64,000 nt of DNA, taken from the NCBI GenBank assembly GCA_010093745.1, contig MU005987.1:1-64000 (forward strand). The letters run 5' to 3'. A program made the position numbers and the translations under genes. The DNA is from Piedraia hortae CBS 480.64. Lineage: Eukaryota. The notes under the pieces are model-generated. The model had not been told where the DNA came from. It worked only from the letters and a program-made list of their open reading frames with translations, and ran no database searches. Shown piece by piece: positions 1 through 9,827 of the stretch. Position 1 is the stretch's first letter. The number at the start of each line of letters is the position of its first letter.

Positions 1-60
1 GTCAACTAGTTTTCCGTAGAGATTTGTATGCAGGTACACATCTGCTCACAATTATAATAG
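1..60 (+). repeat. Dispersed repeat copy (inverted relative to 54499-54558), truncated by the window edge
   Basis: Bases 1-60 (gtcaactagt...attataatag) are the exact reverse complement of 54499-54558. Confidence 0.9.
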
Positions 61-979
61 TTATCAGCCAATCAATAAACAAGGCCCCTAGCGTGGCGGT
101 TACCAGCCAATCATGGCGCAAGGCGAGCACCAAGCCCCGCTTCAGCCGGCTTCTGGTCTTTGACGTGCGGACACGTCGTTACATCAACATCTGATAGCTT
201 CTGTTTGATCTATAAAGATGGAGTGTACCGTTTTTTTTTTTTTTGACCGGAAATGAACGCTCAAATGTCATAGGAGTTTGAGGAGGTGGATCGCAGTCAC
301 AGATAGATGTTGTGAAGTCGAGCGCCTGATAGGCAGGTTTTACAGATCAATGTGATACTACTAATGAGATTTGCACAACGTTTCGCATACATACCTTGCC
401 GCTGGGATTCAAAGAGGGGGAAGACACGGTCTGTGATCGGTTCTTGGCGGCGGGAATAGTGCAACCCCCAAGGAATGCTAATTGAAAATGGGTAGCCTGA
501 TGGATTGATGTCGACTCGAGCACGTACGATTCTGGTGATTCTGTATCATGTAGGCTGGAGCGCCGAAATCTCTGAGTGAATAGAAGAGAAACAAAATTGA
601 GAAAAGTCGATTGGACTACTTTGGGTTTAGTGTCTCGAATATCTGGGCCCACGTCCTGCCCTTGATTGACTCCTTCCTAAAATTCAAAGTGTGCGAGTCT
701 CTACATATAGAGCACGTGACCCCTAAACGTCTGAAGCCAAAAGCCGCCAAAAAATATACTCCATCATTTTACTTCCACACAGCACCATGGCCATTACAAC
801 CATGCACCGATCATTCGAAATAATCAAACAAACCCACCGCATGCTGCGTGCTCAAGCTCCACGGTGTATCAGCAATGGAGCATTCTGGAGTCTTTCAGCC
901 TAGGCAAGGTCCCTGAACGAGTTCAAACAGGCTACCAATCGCTTCGATGCGCAACGCTTCGCATTGCACCGATTTAATG

Positions 980-2305
980 ATGGGACTGAAGGTCGAGTGG
1001 AAGCTTGTTCCGGATGACGTGAGATTGGAAGAGGAAACACGGCCAGATTATGACCCTGAACAGTGGTATCCAGTTTGCGTTGGCGCCATGCTCGGAACTC
1101 GATACCAAGTTGCTGCGAAGCTTTGATGGAGCGCGCAGTCATTTGTTTGGCTGTGCCGCGATTCACTGTATGGTCAGTTCGAAAATGTTATGGTGCATTG
1201 TTAATCTGAAATAGGGAGGAGCGTTGGGTGGCATTGAAGTTCTTCTAGTCCGAGCTCAAAATGGAACGCGAGTTAAGCGCATCGGAAAAGATTCGGGTCA
1301 AGAGCATTCCTGGTAAAGAAACTCTTTCGACTGTGTTGAATCAGTTCGACATAATTCATCGCGACAAGTTCCACAGGTGCCTTGTTTTTCATCCTCTTGG
1401 GTTGGATTTGATAACTCAAGAGTTATTCTACGAAAGAGGTTAGGAAAATTGAGAATTTCTCGCAAGAGCAATTGTTGAAGTACTGCGCGGGGTGGATGCT
1501 ATGCATCCAGCTGGTATTGTACACACAGGGTCGTGCGAGAGCTCTGCTGTTTGTTTTGTGCTAGCCTGTTTGGAAGCTTTGTATCCAGATAATGACCGAC
1601 TTGCTACCTCAGACTCAGATGAATTTGCGTTCATCGCGAGGAAACAGTTCTGGAATCCACTACCACGGAAGTTTTTGAAGGATCGAATTATGTGCTCGAC
1701 CTCGCATTACATATTCCCTCATGGCATACCGCTTGTTTGCAATTTTGGTCATGCATGATCAGGTTTCCGGAGGCAGAGGTTCTACGGAGACCTCACAAAC
1801 CGTCGTTTTCGGGCACCGGAAATCATCTTAGGCATGGAGTGGGATTACAAGGTTGGTATGTGGTCAATGGGTGAAATGGTAAGCCTGAAATTATCGTAGA
1901 TTGTGTCGCATTAATGCATCCAGGTCTTGAGCCTGTTTGGATTTTCTCCGTACGACTTTAGGGAGTCAGACAAGGAGCATTGGAGCGACAAAAAACATCT
2001 CCACCGCTGGAATCACATTTTTGGTCCGCCTCCCAAAGCAGTCCTCGAACGCAGCGAGTGCAAGAAGTAATGGAACAGTAAAGGTAGATGCGACTTTTTC
2101 GATGGAATGTACTTAACACTAATATTTCGACAGGGGTATGGATAGCGACAGCCAAAGTTTGGTGTTTGGAGAGCAAGGAATTCATGGGTCAAAGAGTGAA
2201 GGGATGTAACAAGATTCTGTTCATTAACATGATGCGCAAGATTATACGATGGCTACCAGAAGGGAGGCTTGATGAAGCTGAGCTGATGAGTGATGACTTT
2301 CTGTC
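980..2305 (+). pseudogene. SRPK-like (CMGC) serine/threonine protein kinase pseudogene
   Basis: Collinear fragments in different frames with stops: WKLVPDDVRLEEETRPDYDPEQWYPV, YQVAAKL*WSAQSFVWLCRD, HRCLVFHPLG, MHPAGIVHT, FRAPEIILGMEWDYKVGMWSMG, FINMMRKIIRWLPEGR..AELMSDDFL. Confidence 0.75.
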
Positions 2306-2489
2306 ACGACGCAAGTGCGAAGGTGTTGAGATAAAGCCAATACAATTCGCGGGGTTTGTTGTATAGATCTAGATCAGACTGTAAAAGTCTGCCGAGGCCT
2401 ATGCAATCTACCGGTAGCAGCCATGTCCGGAAAAGGCAAATGGTGGATCTTCCGTCGAAGCAAGCATGGTTGTTGGTTACGGATATGGT

Positions 2490-3310
2490 TCTTGTTTGGC
2501 CGAAGAGTCTCCTCAATGGGAAACTTCTGGTTGTTTGCAGAGGCACTGCCGGTACAATATAGAGGTCGTTCCTGTCTACTCCTCGTTTCGAGAAAGTGTA
2601 CAGGGAGGGTGGGTGTGTTTGGGTACTCAACTTGTTAGGCGAGACCCGAACAAGGGTTCATCCATCAATTTGTCAATTCACATCCACCAGACATTTGTGT
2701 AAGTGGAACGTCTTCCAAGTTTTCGGGCACCGTACCAAGCTTAGTCATCGGGATTTTCCAACTTGCGTGGCATGATGTAATTCTTGGCGGGGACAACAAC
2801 CGCGTGTGAACACCACCCAAACCACATTACAACTCAATCCAACTCACCTTCATCTTCAGTTCATTAGCCAAGGGTCATGTGGATGACCTAACGGACAAAT
2901 TCGATACGTCTAATAAAAGAAGGCAACTAGAAGAAGAACACGACCAGCGTGGCGGACCGAAACACCGACATTCCACAGGTGCAAGTAAATGGAAGACATA
3001 CTCGAGTGGTCAAGGGCTAAAGCTGTTGATTTGTTTGACTCTCTACGCTTGAACGGGCTTCTAGCGTCAACACGAAATCCTTCTTCACGCTTCCGTCTCG
3101 CCCATCATGCGCCCGTGATCAACCAACTCAGCGCAGCGGTCGCACGCAGCCTCCACTCGGGCAGACGCTTCATATACTTTGGCAAGAGAATGCCGGCCAG
3201 CCCGTCAGAGGGATACCGGTGTGGCGTACAGTTGGCATTAAGCCAATTCAAGGACCTGCAAGTACTGATGCTCATACAGAACCCACTGGGCTTTCGGGCA
3301 GAGATGCAAG
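2490..3310 (+). repeat. Degenerate dispersed repeat / decayed gene-family copy A (homologous to ~62890-63740)
   Basis: Shared blocks such as gcttagtcatcg, gtggcatgatgtaattcttggcggg, tcaatccaactcacc, gacatactcgagtg, gagggataccggtgtg and cagttggcattaagcca occur in the same order in both copies. Boundaries are approximate. Confidence 0.8.
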
Positions 3311-4376
3311 TGACTCAAGACAAACATTTTCCTCTTTCCACGTCGTCATGAACTTGGCTAAGAGCTTTGAATAGCTTGCCCTCTCACAAGTTCAAGACAG
3401 AGCCGTGGGAGAGATTGGTCAGTGTGCGGTTCATTCTCTGCGGGGAGGGCCTGGCGTCCATCCATGCCTGTGATGACTGCCGGTTCGAGGCCGCCCAGAG
3501 AAGGCTGGCATCGCGGAGTTGCTCAAGACTGGCCGGCTCGGATACCGGGAGGAGGAGAGAGCCGAGGCCCTTAGGCGTCAGGCGCGTCGCAAAACCCTCC
3601 TAAAGGTCTTGAAGAGGTGCGAAGAGGCACTCAAGAGCGGCAAGGCGGCCAAGAAGGCAGTCCAGGCAGACAATTCGATAGGTGTGCAGATACAAGGTGA
3701 TGGAAGAGGTTTCGCATGAAGATGCGGAAAAGAGGAAGAAGGCGCTGGAAACTGCTCTCGACCAAGCGTATGGGCGGTATCTGTGGTTCCGTCTTCGCCT
3801 TCCCCACTCCCAAACCAAGCATAGTAACGACGTAGGTGGACTGTTGCGTAAAATATGTGATTTAGAGTGGAAGAAAATCGTATTCGTAACTCACACACTG
3901 CGGTTGCTTTTCACTTGCAAACCACCTTTTGCTCGTTGTAACTCATGGCGATTAGGGTGGATATGTATAGACGTGAAACGAAGATGGCGATGGGGGTTGG
4001 CGGAAAATGCCTTGCCCAGGTTGGATGCCTTTTTGTTGCATGTGGAACTCATGATCGTCTGCATGGGTGCAATGCAGAAGTATCGCATTCAAGAACCGAG
4101 GCTTTGCAACTATCCATTGGTACTGCAAGTATGTTTGAGAATCCCACCAAACGTAAACACCCACCAGCAAAGCCATCAAGAATCGCATCCAGTTGGCATA
4201 GAACAAAACAAGTCATGACAATAACGACCCACCAAAAAACTTCTACGAGCGTCCATCCATCCTCAACCCCCAAGAAAACCCCACCAACATGTATCCCACG
4301 GAAAAACATAAAATATACAAACCCAGAAAAACATCACCTCCAAGCATCAACCCCAACCTTTCGCCCTGTCACCCCA

Positions 4377-4386
4377 NNNNNNNNNN

Positions 4387-4416
<30 letters not shown>
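4377..4416. other. Assembly gap (10 N) followed by a poly(A) tract
   Basis: A run of n followed by about 30 A. Confidence 0.95.
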
Positions 4417-4417
<1 letters not shown>

Positions 4418-4465
4418 CCCCAGAATAATCCCCAGTTTCAACGCACGAAGCATCCCTCACGCTGT

Positions 4466-6922
4466 CTACTCCAACCCCCTCCCAACGCTCTCAACCCTCC
4501 CCCTCACCCTCTCCACCTCTTTCATCGCCTCTTCCCACTCCCCTTTATCCACCCTCTCCCTAACACTCCCAAAAACCCCCCTAAAAGAACCCTCCACCTC
4601 GCCCGTAAGCCCCTCTCTCCCAAAGACCACATGCCGCCCGCCAGGGTGGACCAAACCCTTCTCAAACCCCGCAACAGTCTTACTCCCCCCCTTCATTCTC
4701 CCCCTTTCATAAAACGTGTTAACCCTCCTTTCCAACACACCCACCTCCTCCTTTAGCTGCTTTAGCGTAAAATTCGTCGCGCGCTCCACATCCCCCGGCG
4801 AGGCAGTTGGCAATCTTTCCAACCTCGCGAACGTCGCTGACGTCTCACGCTCCAAAACCGTGATCCATTCGGAGAGTTGCTCCGCATACGCTTTCAAATC
4901 CAGGGGCACTTCCATCCCCGCGGAAAACTCCACGACCAGCAGCGCGATGACTTGTGTCAAGTGTTTGTGGAGGGCATAATCAGGATCGACGAACGTCGCA
5001 AGCGACTCGATTGTATCGTGACATGAGTGGCGTGGGAGGGCGGAGGAGGGGGAGGTATGTTTCTGCGTGAAACCCACTGAGAGGGTTGATACCCCTGCCA
5101 GGGTGAGGAAGGGGAGGGTGTCGGTTAACACCGTTGGGGGGTGGAGGGGGGTGCCCGTGGAGCGCCAGGAGGAGAGGAGGGTGGATACTTCGTCGTCGGT
5201 ATCGCTGCCTTCGGCTTCGGAGAGGGAGGAGGGGGAGTCAGAGTCGGAGGGCGAGGTATTCCCATCCACCCGCGCGAGGACATGTTCAAGGACCCTCCTC
5301 CAGCTCGGCGGAGCAGCCGCATGGAACGTCGGGCCGGCCACACCCTCGATGTTGATGAACGCCACCGCTTCCTCCTTCAGCAAAGACAGGTTCTCTTCGA
5401 CGAATTCGGTGCTACCCGCGAGGTTATACTCCGCCGCATCGAAACTCACAAACTCGATCGTGCGAAGCGGTCTCCACCCTCGATCTCTGAGCACGCTGAA
5501 GATATGTACGACTTCCAGTAGGATTGCGGTCCCGCTTCCCCCGTCTATCGCGCCGTAACACCACGAGTCACGGTGTGCACCGATTACGACCCGCTCGTTG
5601 GGGAACTCGCTCCCGCGGATCGCGCCGTGCACGTTCCAGATTTCTTGGGTTAGGTTTCCTTCGTTGAGGGATTTGAGGTGGACGAGGGAGTTGGTGGTGA
5701 CATTGCCGGACCACCATTGTTTCAGTTCGAAGGATTTGGGGCCGTGGATCCAGCCCCCCGGGAGCTTGAGGCCGGTGTTTTTGAGGGAGAGGAGGAGGAT
5801 GCGCGCGTCGCGCCAGGAGAGGGGAAGGGACGGGATCTTGGGGAGGTCGGCGTCGGTGGGGGAGAGACGCTTCGCGTTCAACGTCGAGGAATGGCCGGGT
5901 GTGAGGGGGTCGCCGAGGGTTAGACTCACGTCGTCGCGTTGGATCATGTCGTCTGGAGGCCGCCAGGCGCTATCGGGGGGAACGTCGGATGGGTCGGAGT
6001 AGATCATGACGCCCACGCAGCCGGCGTCTTGGGCGGCCTGGACTTTGAGGCCTGGACTCGGCTGCGTGCCGCCGGATTTTACGAGGGCGATCGACCCGTT
6101 GGTGACGATTCCGTTTTCGTGGAGACGAGCAAAGTCGTTGGCGCTGCCGCCGTTGGCGTAGATTAGATGGCCTTCGGCTTCGCCGCTTTTGCTACGTGCG
6201 TGCCAGGCGAGGGTTTGTTCCCGGTCTTTGTAGATGCTGTCTTCCTCGAACGAGGCCGACCAGGCGGGCGAGCCTTCGCGCTTGAGAGTGAGGCTCCGCT
6301 CGCCGGGGTAGTCGAGGTAGACGTAGTACGATTTCGTCTCGAGAGAGTCTAGTTTGCCGAGTTCTTTCCAGCTGTCTTTCACCCACTTGGCGAGGTAGAA
6401 GTCCCCCTCGGTGCCGGCTACGTGGTCGAATTTGGTGAGATGCATGAGGAAATAGTGGACGTTCTCGCCGCTCGCCCTGCCCTGAACCGCCGCCCGGACG
6501 GTTTCTATAGGGAAGTAGGTGTCCCCGTCGACGTCGCCGGCGCCGGGAAAGACTTCGAGCACGAAGAGGACATAGGTCAGAGTGGCAAGCAGAAAGAGCC
6601 CGGCAAGTCGCGCCGCTGTCGGGCCGGACATGCGATACTCCTGCGGAATGTACAGACGACGGAAGAACCGACGCACTTGGTCTAGCCATGGCGAGGGAAG
6701 AGACAGCGACGACAGCTTTGCGCCGAGCTGCTGGGCCCATTTGCCGCCGCGTAACCGCGCCCGATGGTACAGTCTGGACGAAGGCTCCGGCGCTTCCAGG
6801 TAGTCGAGCTCTTCGATGTGTCGGTCGTCGTTGCTGTCGTCACTGTGCGGCGACTCTGGTCGGAGCAGGCCGGTTGTGGCCTCTTCATACGTTGGAATGG
6901 GGACGTGGGAGTGGTCTGCCAT
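4466..6922 (-). CDS. Glutamate carboxypeptidase II / transferrin-receptor-like M28 peptidase (Tre1/Tre2/Vps70 family), type II membrane protein
   Basis: N-terminal IPTYEEA motif, one TM helix, PA domain (YANGGS..DF, GDPLTPG, PKIPSLPLSW) and M28 motifs GAHRDSW, GAIDGGSGTA, RTIEFVSFDAAEYNLAGSTE. Likely ATG at 6922. Confidence 0.85.
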   Translation of the reverse strand: MADHSHVPIPTYEEATTGLLRPESPHSDDSNDDRHIEELDYLEAPEPSSRLYHRARLRGGKWAQQLGAKLSSLSLPSPWLDQVRRFFRRLYIPQEYRMSGPTAARLAGLFLLATLTYVLFVLEVFPGAGDVDGDTYFPIETVRAAVQGRASGENVHYFLMHLTKFDHVAGTEGDFYLAKWVKDSWKELGKLDSLETKSYYVYLDYPGERSLTLKREGSPAWSASFEEDSIYKDREQTLAWHARSKSGEAEGHLIYANGGSANDFARLHENGIVTNGSIALVKSGGTQPSPGLKVQAAQDAGCVGVMIYSDPSDVPPDSAWRPPDDMIQRDDVSLTLGDPLTPGHSSTLNAKRLSPTDADLPKIPSLPLSWRDARILLLSLKNTGLKLPGGWIHGPKSFELKQWWSGNVTTNSLVHLKSLNEGNLTQEIWNVHGAIRGSEFPNERVVIGAHRDSWCYGAIDGGSGTAILLEVVHIFSVLRDRGWRPLRTIEFVSFDAAEYNLAGSTEFVEENLSLLKEEAVAFINIEGVAGPTFHAAAPPSWRRVLEHVLARVDGNTSPSDSDSPSSLSEAEGSDTDDEVSTLLSSWRSTGTPLHPPTVLTDTLPFLTLAGVSTLSVGFTQKHTSPSSALPRHSCHDTIESLATFVDPDYALHKHLTQVIALLVVEFSAGMEVPLDLKAYAEQLSEWITVLERETSATFARLERLPTASPGDVERATNFTLKQLKEEVGVLERRVNTFYERGRMKGGSKTVAGFEKGLVHPGGRHVVFGREGLTGEVEGSFRGVFGSVRERVDKGEWEEAMKEVERVRGRVESVGRGLE

Positions 6923-6962
6923 TGTAGCAGAGTCAGCTGCAGACGTCAAGCTGTCAGTGTCG

Positions 6963-7002
6963 GGTCGGGTCAGGTCAGGTCTGGTCAGGTCAGATCAGGT
7001 CC
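6963..7002. repeat. Pentanucleotide tandem repeat (GGTCA-like, about 8 units) in a divergent intergenic region
   Basis: ggtcg ggtca ggtca ggtct ggtca ggtca gatca ggtcc. Confidence 0.8.
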
Positions 7003-7064
7003 GAGTCAACAGTCAAAGAGTCAAATAGTCAGGATAGTAAAGACTCCAGAACCGTTACGACACC

Positions 7065-8706
7065 ATGAAAAAAGAACTGCTCTTCCTCGTCGTCGGCAGC
7101 ACCGCCCAGGGGTTGAAGGCGCAGCTGCAGGCGGCGTGTCCAGCCTACCACCTATATGCCAAGTTCCCGCAGTGAGTAGATGGCAAGGAGAAGGGATGTC
7201 TAGCTAACAGACAGCCAACCGCTGAGCAATGGACCGATGCAGCTGCCGTTCCAGCGGCCGGCCAAGGTGTGTCGGACGTTTGAATCCGAGTCGGTCGAAC
7301 AGGTCATCCGAGACCTGAACGCTTCCCTGGTCGACCGGGACCTGGCGAGGCTGTTTGAGAACGCCTTTCCCAACACGCTGGACACAACCGTCCGGTGGCA
7401 CGTCGACGGCTCGGAAAGAGTGGCCAAGAGGGCCCAGCAGCCGTTTCTCTCCGACGGCGAATGGAAGGGCGCCCAGAGCTTCATCGTCACCGGCGATATC
7501 AACGCCGAATGGATCAGAGACAGCACCAACCAGCTGGCCCAGTACCAGCGGCTGGCCAAGCAAGACCCTGCCGTCCGGAACCTCATCCTGGGAGCCATCA
7601 ACACCCAGGCAGAGTACGTTATCGAGTCTCCCTACTGCAACGCCTTCCAGCCGCCGCCCCCGAGCAATCTAGATGCAGCCAACAACGGGCAGCCGGACAA
7701 AGTGCATCCGGCGTACGAGCCGAGCCAGGTGTTTGAGTGCAAGTACGAGCTGGACTCTCTCGCCCATTTCCTCCGTCTCGGTAACGAATTCTACTCTCAC
7801 ACAAAGTCTACAGCATTCGTAACCGAACGCTGGATTCTCGCCTTGGAGGAGCTGCTCAACGTTCTAGACGAGCAGTCTGAGCCTACCTTTGACCCCAAAA
7901 CGGGCGCATTCGAGAAGCAAAACTACCGCTTCCAGCGCATGACCGACACCGGCACCGAGACGCTGAACCTCGCCGGCGTTGGCAACCCCCTTAATCACGG
8001 CACAGGACTCGTCCGTTCCGCCTTCCGTCCCAGTGACGATGCCACTGTCCTGGGCTTCCTCGTCCCAGCCAATGCCATGATGGCCACGGAGCTGAAGCGC
8101 GCAGCAGACGTCCTTGTCGCCGCTGGCAAGCCGATGATGGGCGAGGGTCTGCGGGTGCGTGGCGAGAGGCTGGAGAAGAGCGTATGGGAACACGGCACGG
8201 TTCAGCACGGCAAATGGGGACGGGTATTTGCCTTCGAAGTCGACGGCTACGGGTCCTCCATCCTCATGGACGATGCAAATGTGCCGTCTCTGCTGGCATT
8301 GCCATACCTTGGCTTTGTCAAGGCTGCAGACGAGACTTATCAAAACACCAGACGCATGATCCTCAGCAAGGCGGGCAATCCTTACTTCCTTACCGGACAG
8401 CAGTTTTCAGGCATTGGAGGGCCGCACATCGGGCTGCAGAACGCGTGGCCTATGAGTCTGCTGGTTCAGGCCATGACGAGCGACGATGACAAGGAGATTG
8501 AATCGCTGCTGGACAGGGTCAAGATTGCCTCGCCGCTGGGACTGATCCACGAGAGCGTTCACGTCGACCGCGTCAGACTCTACACTCGAAGCTGGTTTGC
8601 CTGGGCGAATTCCGTCTTTGCTCAGACCATCTTGGACATCGCAGAGCGCAAACCGCATCTGCTGTTTGGGCCGGGAGCGAAGCCTTACATTGTGGGTAAA
8701 AAGTAG
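7065..8706 (+). CDS. Glycoside hydrolase family 125 protein (alpha-1,6-mannosidase-like; DUF1237/Mug157-like), probably secreted
   Basis: ATG at 7065 with a signal-like N-terminus; intron 7172-7214 (gtgagt..ctaac..ag); motifs LFENAFPNTLDTT, TGDINAEWIRDS, ECKYELDSL, FRPSDD, MDDANVPSLL, YTRSWFAWAN. Confidence 0.9.
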
Positions 8707-8712
8707 TTGTTC

Positions 8713-9556
8713 CTAGAAAATAACATCCTCTTCGTCTTGGTCTCCTAGAACGTTTGTCGTCTCTGCGTTTTCCTTGTTTTCCTTGTTTTCCTTGCTCTCT
8801 GCCTCTTCTGCTGCTCTCGCTCTCTCCTTGACTCCCTTTACCTTTTTCAGACGAAAGAATTCTTCACGGTCGAGCTCGTCTAGTTCGGAGTTGATGTATT
8901 TGATGGTGTTTTCCGTCCGGGGGATGATGACATATTCGCTGTGCTGTTAGCAACCCCTTGCAAGCAGCTAGCAGAACGTACATGGCATTCACTCGCCGAT
9001 TGACAACTTTGATAACCTCGTCGAGGATGACAAACGCCGTCTGCAGGGAGGCCAGCTCAACTAGCGTCTCCACCGCACGCGTATAAGTCTCTCGACATCT
9101 CTGCACCTGGTGGCCACCACGTCCAAGACCGGTCATGCCGAATTCGTTGCCGACGCCTTCTTTCTGAAAGCTCTCAAACTGCGGCAAAAAGACACCGCTG
9201 ACGTTCTCCTGCTTCGTCTTGACCCGCAGCTTCGCCTGACGCGCCGACTCGGCGATCTGAAATCCGATCTGCGAGTTGCCTACCGCATACGTAACTTCGG
9301 CGAGGGAGAAGGCAGCAATCTGCATGACGCGGCCCATCTTGCGCTTTGCATCGTCGATGCGTCGGGTAATCTCCCGGAAGCGCTTCGTCAGGGCTTCAGA
9401 CTTGCGCTTCAGAAGATCATGGCCAGTCTGAGCTCCCTTGAGCTTCGACTTCATAGCCCCAAGGGACTGTCGCGTCGGGAAGACGGGCTCCCTATCCTAG
9501 ATTCATAAGATTTGATTAAAATTGACTAGAAATTGACTTACGGCCTGGCCAGACAT
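8713..9556 (-). CDS. VMA8: V-type H+-ATPase subunit D
   Basis: Spliced product [41 protein letters not shown]...[11 protein letters not shown]...VNAI|EYVIIP...[14 protein letters not shown]...DEEDVIF*; two GT-AG introns (~9498-9541, ~8938-8981). Confidence 0.95.
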
Positions 9557-9687
9557 GTCGCGTGTTTTTGGTTGTAGGGAGTCGGCAAATGCCGGGGTCC
9601 GCAGTCAATCAAGTGCAGCGTTCCGGTCCGTACGTGCCGCCCCGCCTCCGCCCCCGCCTCCCCGCCTTTTCGATGCAGGGCCAAACG

Positions 9688-9735
9688 ACGTCCGCACGTC
9701 CGCACGTCCACACGTCCACACGTCCACACGTCCAC
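9688..9735. repeat. Octamer tandem repeat (ACGTCCRC)x6 between the divergent VMA8 and SYF1 starts
   Basis: acgtccgc x2 followed by acgtccac x4. Confidence 0.9.
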
Positions 9736-9827
9736 ATCTAATGAGCGCCGCTGCTCAGCTGCTCCGGAGTGTCACGCCGCCATTCAAGATTCCTCTAGGC
9801 CTCGGACGGTCTCAGCGCGGCGATCCC

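Noticed and set aside
3945..4756. 255-aa and 155-aa plus-strand ORFs with poly-Lys
   Set aside because: They run through the N gap and poly(A) tract and are antisense to the M28 gene; they are a by-product of C/A-rich, stop-poor sequence.
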